A stretch of 64,000 nt of DNA from Malacoraja senta (Eukaryota): the NCBI GenBank assembly GCA_038087875.1, contig JAXLNO010000655.1, positions 1 through 64,000 on the forward strand, given 5' to 3'. The notes beneath the pieces were generated by a model. It made no database searches and was not told the origin of the DNA. It saw nothing but the letters and a program-made list of their open reading frames with translations. Shown here in pieces: positions 35,001-47,516 of the stretch (position 1 is the first letter of the stretch; each line of letters begins with the position of its first letter). The position numbers and the translations under genes were made by a program.

Positions 35001-37770
35001 GGATTTGCTGAGTCCGAAGGTAGCTTTTGTGTGGTCCGCAGAGTGTCAACAAGCCTTTGAACATACTAAAAGTCTTCTGGTGCGCGCACCTGTGCTTGCG
35101 GCACCTGATTTTGAGCGTGCATTTAAGCTGGCAGTGGATGCTAGTGATCGTGGGGTTGGGGGAGTTCTTCTACGGGATGATTCAGATGGGGTGGAGCATC
35201 CAGTTTCGTACTTCTCTAAGAAGTTTAATCGACATCAGAAGTGGTACTCCACCATTGAGAAAGAGGCCCTTGCTATGTTGATGTCTCTGAGTCATTTCGA
35301 GGTTTATGTTGGCTCCTCGAATGTCCCTGTCATCGTACTCACGGATCATAATCCGTTGGTATTTTTGCATAATATGAAGAATAAGAACCGGCGGTTAATG
35401 AGCTGGAGTTTGCAGCTGCAACACTACAACCTGGAGGTCAGGCATATCCGTGGCAAGGATAATGTCTTGGCTGACGCCTTGTCGCGCCAGTGGAGTTTAG
35501 CTCCTGAATAGTTTCTGGGATTTGGTGGTGTTTTATTCCTCTCTTCTTCCGAACCTTATTCAGTATCTTTGGGTGGGGGTGTTAGGCGCTTTCCCTCCCT
35601 GGTGAATGCTATGTACTGACCTTTCTCTGTTTCTTTCCCGAGTACAGGCCTTGTGGATGTGAGTCGGGAATCAAAGGGTTAAAATGCTCCTGTACCCGAT
35701 TGGCCAAGCTGCGTCAGGTGACGGGTGACTCATCTGAAGCTTAAATACCAGAGTCTACCCAGGATTCTCTCTCTTCGTCGTCGACCCTGACTGCAAGCTG
35801 ACTGCTGGAGTGAGCTGCAGAAGGCCTGGCCACATGGCATAGAACTTTGTGTACTTTCACGATTACTGATTAACAAATGTTGCATTGGGACGGATAAGGG
35901 CTGACCTTAGAGTTTTCGGTATTTTGTTTCAGGGTTATATATATCTTTAGGTAGGTTAGAGACTCCGGTTCGACGGTCCATCACGTGGCTGGCTGGAGCA
36001 TGGTTAAATTGTTTGTTAGTCCATCCCTATCCCTGACTGGGTTGTTTGAATCAGGTTTGGGTTTTTTGTGACCCATTGAAATAATTAAAAACTATTTTTG
36101 AACTTAAACCTGGTTTTTGAACTTATGTTACGCGGCTCTGAAGTACCTGCATTCGGGAGTCGTAACAATGGGTATATGGACGGGAAAGGAATGGAGGGAT
36201 ATGGTCTGAGTGCAGGTAGATGGGACTAGGGGGGAGGAAGAAGGGGAAAAAAAATGTTCGGCACGGACTTGAAGGGCCGAGATTGCCTGTTTCCGTGCTG
36301 TAATGGTTATATGGTTATATGGAAATAGGTACTGATTTTAGATGAACAGCAATGATTATATTGAATGGCAGTGCTGGCTTGAAGGGCTGAATGGCCTATA
36401 CATGCACATATTTTCTATGTTTCTTCGCTTGAGTATATGGCAATAAAACTCGACCACTTGATTTTGAAGCATTCATGCATGGTGAAGGTGTAATGTAGTC
36501 ACAGAGTGATACAGTGTGAAAAAAGGCCCTTCGGCCCAATTTGCCCACACCCGCCAACATGTTCCAGCTACACTACCTGCTTTTGGTCTATATGCCCCCA
36601 AACCTGTCCTATGCATGTATCAGTCTAACTGTTTCTTAAATGTTGGGATAGTCCCTGCCTCAACTACCTCTTCTGGCAGCTTGTTCCATACACCCACCAC
36701 CCTTTGGGTGGAAAAAGTTACCTCAAAAATACTTAATACAAAAAACATTAAAATCATACTTTTACAATGCACTAAAACATGATTTTTTAATTTATTTTAT
36801 ATTTTAATTTTTAATTTTATTAGAAGTAAGTACAGTAATATGGCACCAAGGTGCCTAATATATATTGGCATGTAACATTTTATGTACAGATCCTTATTTT
36901 TTTTAAAATAATAAAAGAGAGAGAGAGAGAATAGATAATAAAAAACAGAAAAACGTGTGATGTATGGTGTGTGAAAAGGAAAAGGGGGGAAAGAGGGACA
37001 GTGGAAAAAAATGAGAGAGAAAGAGAAAGAGTAGAGAGTAGGAGATTATAGGAGATAGTTATTTATATTCTTGACCATCCTTCACCCAGTCCTGAAACAG
37101 TTGGTTTCTACGATTTTGTTGCACCATATGCTTCCTAGAAATCGATAAATGGAGACCAACTCGTTAAGAATTGGTCTGGTTTTTCTGTTAGGAGGAATCG
37201 CATTTCTTCAAGATGTGCGGTGTCCAACATGTTTGAAATCCACATTTTAAGCGTTGGTATGGGTGTATTTTTCCAAAATTGAAGTATGTTTTTTTGCCAT
37301 TATTAACCCATAATTTAAAAATGAATTTTGAGATGAGTTCAATTTGTTCCCATCTTCCGTTACTCCACGTATAATCATTTCAGTGTTAGGCTCCATTTTT
37401 ATCATGAATAAATTTGTAACTATTTCAAAGATATCGCCAGGGAGCTCTCGAGAGGTTTCACCAGACTTTGAAATCGATGTTGAGGACTTACTGCCTGGAG
37501 TTTGAAAAAGACTGGGATGAAGGGGTTCATCTAGTTATGTTTGCGATGCGTGAGGTCGTGCAGGAGTCTTTAGGGTTCAGTCCTGCTGACCTGGTGTTCG
37601 CGCATACCGTACGTGGTCCGTTGAGGGTCCTAAAGGAGAAATGGTTGCAGGAGGATACAAAACGAAGTATTTTAGACCACGTCTGTACCTTTCGGTCTAG
37701 ACTGAAGAGGGCATGCGAACTGGCAATGGGTAATATTGCTTCTGCTCAGTCTAGGATGAAGGGGTGGTTC
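32012..37770 (+). repeat. 5775-bp tandem copy of 26237-31995 (PR-IN-RT-RH-LTR-flank)
   Basis: Constant offset of 5775 (27043/32818, 29805/35580, 30741/36516). Translated ORFs are identical apart from the junction region. Confidence 0.93.
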
Positions 37771-40700
37771 AACAGGAAGGCTTCTAGTAGGAATTTTTCT
37801 CCAGTTGACAAGGTCCTGGTGCTGTTGCCTATTCCTGGTTCCAGTCTACAGGCTCGGTATAGCGGTCCCTATCAGGTGGTTAAGAAGGTTGGTGAAAGGG
37901 ATTATGTTATTGGTACCCCTGATCGAAGGCGAAAGACTCAGCTCTATCATGTCAACATGATGAAGCAGTACCATGAGCAGGAGCCTGTGGAGGTGGATGG
38001 GGAGGTGCTGTGTCCTTCGGTTTCGTCTAAGCCTGTTTTGGCTGCAGTGGTGCTGCCCCCTGACACGGGTGGTGATGTGGGTGAGGCACGGTTGTCGGTG
38101 GCAGTGACGCAGGGAAGGCTGTGTAACTCTGAGGCTTTGGAGTCGCTTCCCTTGTGGCTGTCGCATTTGACTGAAAGTCAGCGGGGTGATCTGCTTGATT
38201 TGGTGAAGTCAAATGGGTCACTGTTCTCGGATGTGCCTTCTCAGATGTCTGTGCTGCAACATGACATTGACGTGGCCGGTGCTGCGCCAATTAAACAGCA
38301 TCCGTATCGGGTCAACCCTGACAGGCATCATCGTCTAGGGAGTCAGGTTGAATATATGCTGCGGCATGGCATAGCTGAACCTAGTTGTAGTCCGTGGAGT
38401 TCTCCCTGTCTACTGGCTACGAAGGCTAATGGGGAGGACAGGTTTTGCACGGACTTTCGGAAAATCAATAGCGTAACTAAGCCGGATTGCTATCCTCTCC
38501 CACGAATGGAGGATTGTGTGGATCGTGTGGGAAGTGCATCTTTTGTGTCTAAATTGGACTTGTTAAAAGGGTATTGGCAAGTTCCCTTGACTGAGCGGGC
38601 GAGGGAGATCTCTGCGTTCGCTACGCCTGATAACTTTCTGCAGTACAGAGTAATGGCATTTGGGATGCGCAATGCGCCGGCAACCTTCCAACGGTTGGTG
38701 AACATTGTATTGTCTGGTTTGTCCTTCTGTGAGGCATACCTTGATGATTTGGTTGTGTGCTCCAGGTCGTGGATCGAACACATCGTTCATCTGAAGGAGG
38801 TATTTCATCGTCTAGCGGAGGCAAAGCTAACTATCAATCTGGGGAAGTGTGAGTTTGGCCAGGCCACGGTAACGTATCTGGGTAAGGTGGTGGGCCGGGG
38901 TCAGGTTCGCACTCTCAAGGAAAAGGTGGAGCATATTGTCGCATTTCCTGCTCCAACCTCGAGGACTGAACTCCGTAGGTATCTGGCTATGGTTGGGTAC
39001 TATAGGGGATTCTGTCCAAACTTCTCTGTGGTGGCTGCCCCTTTGACGGATTTGCTGAGTCCGAAGGTAGCTTTTGTGTGGTCCGCAGAGTGTCAACAAG
39101 CCTTTGAACATACTAAAAGTCTTCTGGTGCGCGCACCTGTGCTTGCGGCACCTGATTTTGAGCGTCCATTTAAGCTGGCAGTGGATGCTAGTGATCGTGG
39201 GGTTGGGGGAGTTCTTCTACGGGATGATTCAGATGGGGTGGAGCAACCAGTTTCGTACTTCTCTAAGAAGTTTAATCGACATCAGAAGTGGTACTCCACC
39301 ATTGAGAAAGAGGCCCTTGCTATGTTGATGTCTCTGAGTCATTTCGAGGTTTATGTTGGCTCCTCGAATGTCCCTGTCATCGTACTCACGGATCATAATC
39401 CGTTGGTATTTTTGCATAATATGAAGAATAAGAACCGGCAGTTAATGAGCTGGAGTTTGCAGCTGCAACACTACAACCTGGAGGTCAGGCATATCCGTGG
39501 CAAGGATAATGTCTTGGCTGACGCCTTGTCGCGCCAGTGGAGTTTAGCTCCTGAATAGTTTCTGGGATTTGGTGGTGTTTTTTTCCTCTCTTCTTCCGAA
39601 CCTTATTCAGTATCTTTGGGTGGGGGTGTTAGGCGCTTTCCCTCCCTGGTGAATGCTATGTACTGACCTTTCTCTGTTTCTTTCCCGAGTACAGGCCTTG
39701 TGGATGTGAGTCGGGAATCAAAGGGTTAAAATGCTCCTGTACCCGATTGGCCAAGCTGCGTCAGGTGACGGGTGACTCATCTAAAGCTTAAGTACCAGAG
39801 TCTACCCAGGATTCTCTCTCTTCGTCGTCGACCCTGACTGCAAGCTGACTGCTGGAGTGAGCTGCAGAAGGCCTGGCCACATGGCATAGAACTTTGTGTA
39901 CTTTCACGATTACTGATTAACAAATGTTGCATTGGGATGGATAAGGGCTGACCTTAGAGTTTTCGGTATTTTGTTTCAGGGTTATATATATCTTTAGGCA
40001 GGTTAGAGACTCCGGTTCGACGGTCCATCACGTGGCTGGCTGGAGCACGGTTAAATTGTTTGTTAGTCCATCCCTATCCCTGACTGGGTTGTTTGAATCA
40101 GGTTTGGGTTTTTTGTGACCCATTGAAATAATTAAAAACTATTTTTGAACTTAAACCTGTTTTTTGAACTTATGTTACGCGGCTCTGAAGTACCTGCATT
40201 CGGGTGTCGTAACAATGGGTATATGGACGGGAAAGGAATGGAGGGATATGGTCTGAGTGCAGGTAGATGGGACTAGGGGGGAGGAAGAAGGGGGAAAAAA
40301 TGTTCGGCACGGACTTGAAGGGCCGAGATTGCCTGTTTCCGTGCTGTAATGGTTATATGGTTATATGGAAATATGTACTGATTTTAGATGAACAGCCATG
40401 ATTATATTGAATGACAGTGCTGGCTTGAAGGGCTGAATGGCCTATACCTGCACCTATTTTCTATGTTTCTTCGCTTGAGTATATGGCAATAAAACTCGAC
40501 CACTTGATTTTGAAGCATTCATGCATGGTGAAGGTGTAATGTAGTCACAGAGTGATACAGTGTGAAAAAAGGCCCTTCGGCCCAATTTGCCCACACCCGC
40601 CAACATGTTCCAGCTACACTACCTGCTTTTGGTCTATATCCCCCCAAACCTGTCCTATGCATGTATCAGTCTAACTGTTTCTTAAATGTTGGGATAGTCC

Positions 40701-41492
40701 CTGCCTCAACTACCTCTTCTGGCAGCTTGTTCCATACACCCACCACCCTTTGGGTGGAAAAAGTTACCCCATAAAAAGTTACCTAAAAAATACTTAATAC
40801 AAAAAACATTAAAATCATACTTTTACAATGCACTAAAACATGATTTTTTAATTTATTTTATATTTTAATTTTTAATTTTATTAGAAGTAAGTACAGTAAT
40901 ATGGCACCAAGGTGCCTAATATATATTGGCATGTAACATTTTATGTACAGATCCTTATTTTTTTTAAAATAATAAAAGAGAGAGAGAGAATAGATAATAA
41001 AAAACAGAAAAACGTGTGATGTATGGTGTGTGAAAAGGAAAAGGGGGGAAAGAGGGACAGTGGAAAAAAAGGAGAGAGAAAGAGAAAGAGTAGAGAGTAG
41101 GAGATTATAGGAGGTAGTTATTTATATTCTTGACCATCCTTCACCCAGTCCTGAAACAGTTGGTTTCTACAATTTTGTTGCACCATATGCTTCCAAGAAA
41201 TCGATAAATGGAGACCAACTCGTTAAGAATTGGTCTGGTTTTTCTGTTAGGAATCGCATTTCTTCAAGATATGCGGTGTCCAACATGCTTGAAATCCACA
41301 TTTTAAGCGTTGGTATGGGTGTATTTTTCCAAAATTGAAGTATGTTTTTTTGCCGTTATTAACCCATAATTTAAAAATGAATTTTGAGATGAGTTCAATT
41401 TGTTCCCATCTTCCGTTACTCCAAGTATAATCATTTCAGTGTTAGGCTCCATTTTTATCATGAATAATTTTGTAACTATTTCAAAGATATCG
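37438..41492 (+). repeat. Diverged 4047-bp tandem copy (IN C-terminus, RT, RH, LTR, CR1 tail, L1 3' end)
   Basis: Offset 4047 (stop codons 35511/39558). Junction GATATCGC|CAGGGAGC joins L1 sequence to mid-integrase. About 10 aa differences in the 696-aa ORF plus small indels. Confidence 0.92.
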
Positions 41493-42205
41493 CTCCGGAA
41501 TTTATGAAGTTTTATGCAGGAAACAAAAGAGTGTGTAATAGTGGCATTTTGAGATAAACATTTATCACAAATTGGAGAAGTATTTGGATATAATTTATTC
41601 AGTCTAATTTTTGAATAATATAATCTATGTAAAATTTTAAATTGAATTAAGTTATGTCTTACATTAATCGAACATTTGTGTGTATATGTATCAAATACTT
41701 TTCCCATGTTTCTTTCGTGATTTTTATCATTAATTCTCGTTCCTAATCTTTTCTAAGTGCCTCTGTCGATGGTAGTTCTATATTTAAAATACTATTATAT
41801 AAATATGATATTAATTTCTGTGAGTCAGCCTTAATATTCATTGCATCTTCCAATGGGTCTAAAGTTATAGTTTGATGTCTTTGTATGTATTTCTTCATGA
41901 AGTCGCAGATCTGAAGGTATTTAAAATATTGGTTATTTTTCAGCTTAAATTTTAATTGTAATTGTTGGAATGATAACAGATTTCCCATTTCATACATATC
42001 GCCGATCCTTTTAATTCCCATTCTTTCCCATTGGTCATTTGTTTTATCGATAAGAGATGGTTTAAATGAAGGATTATTCACTATTGGCGTTAACAATGAT
42101 AGGTTTCTTAATTTTAAAGTTAATTTTATTTGTTTCCAAATTCTTATTATATTATGGATAATTGGGTTATTCTTATATATTGTGTTGTTCAGTTTTATCG
42201 GGGAG
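40848..42205 (-). mobile_element. 5'-truncated L1-clade LINE (ORF2 C-terminal zinc-finger region plus 3' UTR)
   Basis: QFKILHRLY...CDKC...THSFVSC. A-rich tail. 10-bp TSD ACATGATTTT at 40838-40847 and 42206-42215 at a TTTT/AA site. Partial copies at about 31005-31662 and 36780-37437. Confidence 0.88.
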
Positions 42206-42772
42206 ACATGATTTTAATACATCAAATTTCAAAAAGTCCCTACCGTGGGAGGGGGGGCACCTCTCTCCCACACCCTCCCCCCACTCGGTTGCTCCACTCC
42301 CTCACCGGGTACCCCCAAGGCCAGTGATTAGTGATCACTCAGCCCCTCCACTTTCAAAAATGCTCCGTGGCCCCTCGTTCAGACGGAGAGCACTGCCAGA
42401 TGTGAGCGGGGAACCGAGGCCAGTTGTCCGTGATGTCTGGATCCCAATGCTCAGCGCTTCGTGTGGAGGAGTTGGCTGTTATTGATTTGTAATTAGCACG
42501 ATTTGTAATTAGTTGACAAAACCTTAATTTATTAATCCGGAATATCCAGGGGGATGGGATAAGTGTAATTTCCAAATGACATCCCTGGTTAGGGACTCCT
42601 TGATATTTGACTGAAGAAGGGTCTCGACCTGAAACGTCATCCATTCCTTCTCTCAAGAGATGCTACCTGTCCCGCTGAGTTACTCCAGCAGTTTGTGTCT
42701 ATCTCTGGTTTGTAGGTTAATTGGCTTTGGTAAAATTGTAAATTGTCCCTAGAGCCTAGGATGGTGCTGGTG

Positions 42773-45700
42773 AATAGTAAGATTAAACGAGAACTTACCT
42801 AAGTTTGAAGTTTGATCTTTATTTTATGAGGAGTTACGTTGGTGATTACGTGAAGAACCCCGCTAGTGCGCCTGCGCTTCAATCTTCAAAGCAGCAGTGT
42901 GAAATCACAAAAAACAACAAGCGAAGTAATATAGTATCATAATAAAACGAGTAATACCAGAACTTCCATCTGACCTTTATGATAGAGGGTTGGGTCGTGG
43001 TGGGCACGTAATCACCAACGTAACTCCTCATAAAATAAAGATCAAACTTCAAACTTAGGTAAGTTCTCGTTTAATCTTACTATTTTACTTCGGACTCACG
43101 TGAGTGACTACGTGAAGATTTTAAAGCTTTGTGATTTCATGCCGCAGACAAATCCCGGCTTCTCACTGCATTGATTGACTCGGAACGAGAATATTCAATA
43201 ATGCATTAATAATAACATTTGTACCACAAATGCAGTAATTCATTTATTTGAATAAAAGAATTAATAGTATCCCCTTTAACCCAGGGAAAATTAAGCAGAA
43301 CTTAGTATAGTATCTGCAAACAGCCCCGTATTGGCAATAGCCCGATGATAAAAGTGTTGAAACACCAACTTATTAGATCACCCGGCGGCTGTGAGAATAT
43401 GATCGACGGGACTTCCTTCGCCCTGGTCGTCAATGTTGCTGCTAAACTGAATGGAATGTAAAACCATTAATGTTCACACGTGCAGCAACTAAAACTTGTT
43501 TTTAACCATCTTAAAATAGTCTAAACTGACACTATCTTGTATGGTTTTTCATGAATGATAAACAATCTTGTTTTCATATTTCATAAGATATTTGTAGCCT
43601 CAATTTTTTGCAATAAATATGTCTTAACATATAGACATGGATCCATAGAATATGTTAATAAAACAATCTTGAATCCTGTCACACCTGATCCTACTTCATT
43701 TGAGTAGTTCATAAAATGTAAAACATAACATAATCCTGAGGTACTTCTGTGAATCTGTAACTTTGTACTGTTACAAGTGCCATAAACATGACTACCTTCA
43801 TGCTGAACTTGGCCAAATCAGAATCGTACCAAGACTCCTTTGCTGAAGTAGCTTAAAACAATTCTATATTCCAGATTCCCTCCGAGGTTTAGAAGGTCTG
43901 GAATTAAAATTCCTTTCATTAATCTGGAAATAAAAGAACGAGACTCAACAGGATGTCTTTCCAACCTCATCAAATAAAACCGAGGAATAATATACTTCTG
44001 TGTGAATCAATCGCACTATACCTCAACCCATTAAATAGAGGTCAATCCAAGATATTTGAGACATGTGCCGTACAACATTCCATATTCTTTTATACACAGA
44101 AATTTTTTCCCCTCATTCTTCACATAATGGGAAAGCAGTATTTACAGAGTCACAACTCAGATTCACAAATGTACTGCTTTTGAGTACTCTTCCGCCAGAC
44201 TGCTGTAAGCATGTCCACAGCATGCCCAGACAATCCTCTTTTTTAAACCCTGCATCCATACAGACATATGACGGATGTTACTCTCCAATTATCGAATACA
44301 CCAGTAACTTCCTTCTTTTGGGAACATTTATCAGAAACAGTGTCATAAATTCCAATATCAAAGGGAACCATGGCTGCGTAGACCCATCTGGTACCACGAA
44401 TACCCCAGAGGCAGCATACTGCTTCGTTTTAAGCAGACACCGATTTATGAGACAGGATGAAGTAAAATGCACATAACAACATACCATCCTAATATAGCGA
44501 GAAACATCCATCGCTACTGTCTCCCGATGTAGTCCCATAACACATAACTCTGTAACTGGTGATTGAGTCTGGATGGAAACAAGTCATATCTGGCTTCCCA
44601 AATCTGACTATTATATCATTAAAAAATCTTAAGGTTAAACATCCATTCTTTTTTTATCATGGAAATTCCACCCATACAATTAATACATGCCATTGCTGTA
44701 GTGTTGTTAATTTGAAACTGAACATGCAGATTAGTTGTATTTAACAACAAGCTTGTAGCTCATAAGCCTGCCAATAGACTTTAAAACGTCGATTCTCCAT
44801 GTCTGTAAAATAATACTTCTTCCATATTCCATCTGTCCACAGATGGATACCTTTTCAGTGGCACCAATCCTAGTACACTGATATCAGTCTGTTAAGACCA
44901 TGGAAGGCTGTTCAATCCGTATCTTGCTTGAACTACTGAAGACATGTTAAATCCACTACTGCAATCAGAAGCAGCATTTGTTGTTTAATTGCATGGCCTA
45001 TCAAAAAATGGCCATCATGCATCTTAGTGTTTTTTCTTTTTGCAGTCTGCAGCTGCTGGTAGTCCAATGGCCCATATTGTATTGCTGGAAATAACACTAA
45101 TTCTCCTAACAAACTGGCCACCTGTCTTAATTGAAGATTGTTGCTTTTCCAACTGCTGAATACAATCATCAATTAGCTTTACCCTTTACCCTGGGTAAAT
45201 TACTACCTTTTCAATTGAATCAAATAATCAATTGTTGTAAGTATCGTTAACTTAATTTATCTCTGGATGAATTAAACCCAACTTTCAAAAGTTGTTTGAA
45301 TAATTTGAGAGAGATTACTCACGAATTCTCTTGTTCGTCCTAATTAGGACATCATCCAGTTAAGCCATCCACATCTGTCCTTGGACTCTAATTAGCCGCA
45401 AAATTGGTTTTACCAATTTAATAAATTTCTAGGGACTGAAGTCAACCCGTTAGACAGAACTTTGAATTGCCATAATTGTTCCTTTAGATAATTTTATCTT
45501 ATAAATGAACAAACATTAAGTAATATACATCTTTCAGATCTATAAGTGCCATAACATCTTTTTTGAAATAAATTGTTTGGCTCTATTTTGAAGTGTCTAT
45601 ACTTCACAAAATTTTAAAGACTTGTCAGATCTAAAATACTCCTCACCTTTTTAGGGTGAGAAATTTTAAACACACTTTGGTGGTTTTGATAAACCGACCT

Positions 45701-47516
45701 TTCAATTGCTTGTTTATAAACAAGTTTTCAATTCAGCTTGAACCTCCATCAATTATTTTTATGTGAAATTGGAGTGTTCTGCTTGGAACATGCTGGATGG
45801 AAAATCAGTATTTGAATCGAATCAATTAGAAACCTTTCTATAATACTCAGAATAATAAGTGAAGTAATTTGCTTCCAATATTTGGCTGTTTTTGCCTTAA
45901 TATGTTCCCATAAGAACCAGGTCCACCTACCTCCTTTGTCATCTGAGTGACCTGTGGTCCCTGGCTCCTTGCAGGCAAAACCCACGCTTTTTCGTTTTCC
46001 TGCTGCAGGACATCAACTGAGTACCTGCTTCAATGGTCGATTTGCTCCTGATGTCGGTCCAGGATTTTGTATGATGTCTGAAAGGATACGTCCTCTTTGC
46101 AGACTTGACGACCATTGATGTTGTGATCAACGTTGCTGTTTTTGCCTCATTATCCAACTCTTTCCCACGATTCATGAGGTTTTTCCTCTGAAAATAAGTT
46201 GAATGACTGCACATTACTGGGCTTTACAGAGTTGCTGCAACTTTGGGTTGATGTTGGGCCGAATGGCATACTTCCTGAAACAATTCATCTTGAAGTGGGC
46301 GCTACATAGCAACCTTAGTGCCACTTGATGCATCTCCATCCATTGTTTTGCAAATTGCAGGTGTTCATCAACCGAGCAGCTTCAATATTCTCTGCAGTTT
46401 ACTTTCCTTAGGCTTACATGCCTTCGCCCATCTGACCCCTTATCTTGGTTCACTGCTAGTACTTTCAGCAATACGCAGTTCCTTGGGATCTCGTGCTTTT
46501 TTGGCATTTTCATCCATCGTAAGCTACTAGAGCTGATGGTAGACACAATAGTTGATCACAGAGACCACGTCCTTTCCAGTGGCTCTCTTGACTCTGATGG
46601 GGCAGCGAATCGTACTAGCAGGAGTAAAATATCTGGCAGCTGCCGTCTTCGCTTGTATCGGCCTCACCGTCAAATTCAGGGTCAGAACTCTCACAGAGCA
46701 GCAAATCGTACTGCCAGGAATAGCCCATCTGGCAGCTGCCGTCTTCGCTTATTTTGGAAACTCTGCTGACCCTGTGCACGCGCCTCATCAATGAGGGTGC
46801 TATCAAGCAGCCCTATACTAGGTGCTGCTGACCTGGCTTCTGGAGCCTGGTTCTGACATCACTCCTCCTGGAGTATGTTTCGTTGGAGCAACCTGTGTAC
46901 AGGTTCTCCATTTGGAATATCCACTTCAGAAAGTGGTATCCAGCCTTGGAGGTGAATCCCAAACTGACTCTTGCTCCATGACCCTGACTTGTATGTTGCC
47001 TAGCACCCAACTGACGCTGGCTCCGTTCTTCTTTAATGCACAAGTCCACAGTTCGCCCCGCTCCCAGCCGGCGACTGTTGTAGGGTATGAGGCAGTCCTT
47101 TACCGACCGCATTCCCGCAGCTTTTTATCGGCTTTGCCTTGCCCCACTGGTGCTGACTAAATTCCCTTCAGCCCCAATATCCACAGTCGCTATGCTGTCT
47201 GCTGTCGACTGTACCGTGGTCAGAGGCGGCTGGTCGCTGACCGCAATATTGCGACTTTATACCGGCTGTGCCGCTCGCCTTCTCCCCTTGCCCGTTTTTT
47301 CCATGATGCCTGTGGAAACAATCCCCACAGACCGACAGCAAACGGACACAGAAATACTTCCAAAAAGTTTATACTTGCCTTGTAGTTGAAAACTACAATT
47401 TTACTAGAGGAGCTCTGCTCCTCGCGTCCGTTTGCGCCAATGCGTCTGACGTAATGACGCGCAGGCGCACTGGCGGGTTTCTTCACGTAGTCACTCACGT
47501 GACTCCGAAATAAAAT
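42773..47516 (-). mobile_element. DIRS1-type tyrosine-recombinase retrotransposon with decayed ORFs, inserted in a V-SINE
   Basis: Inverted termini with an internal complementary region at 43005-43118. Minus-strand remnants of RT (QFKVLSNGLTSVPR at about 45430-45478; MA*LDDV at about 45350-45368), MT-like VPDGSTQPWFP, and YR C-terminus ILTAAG*SNKLVFQHFY at about 43345-43410. SINE sequence continues across both flanks. Confidence 0.92.
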
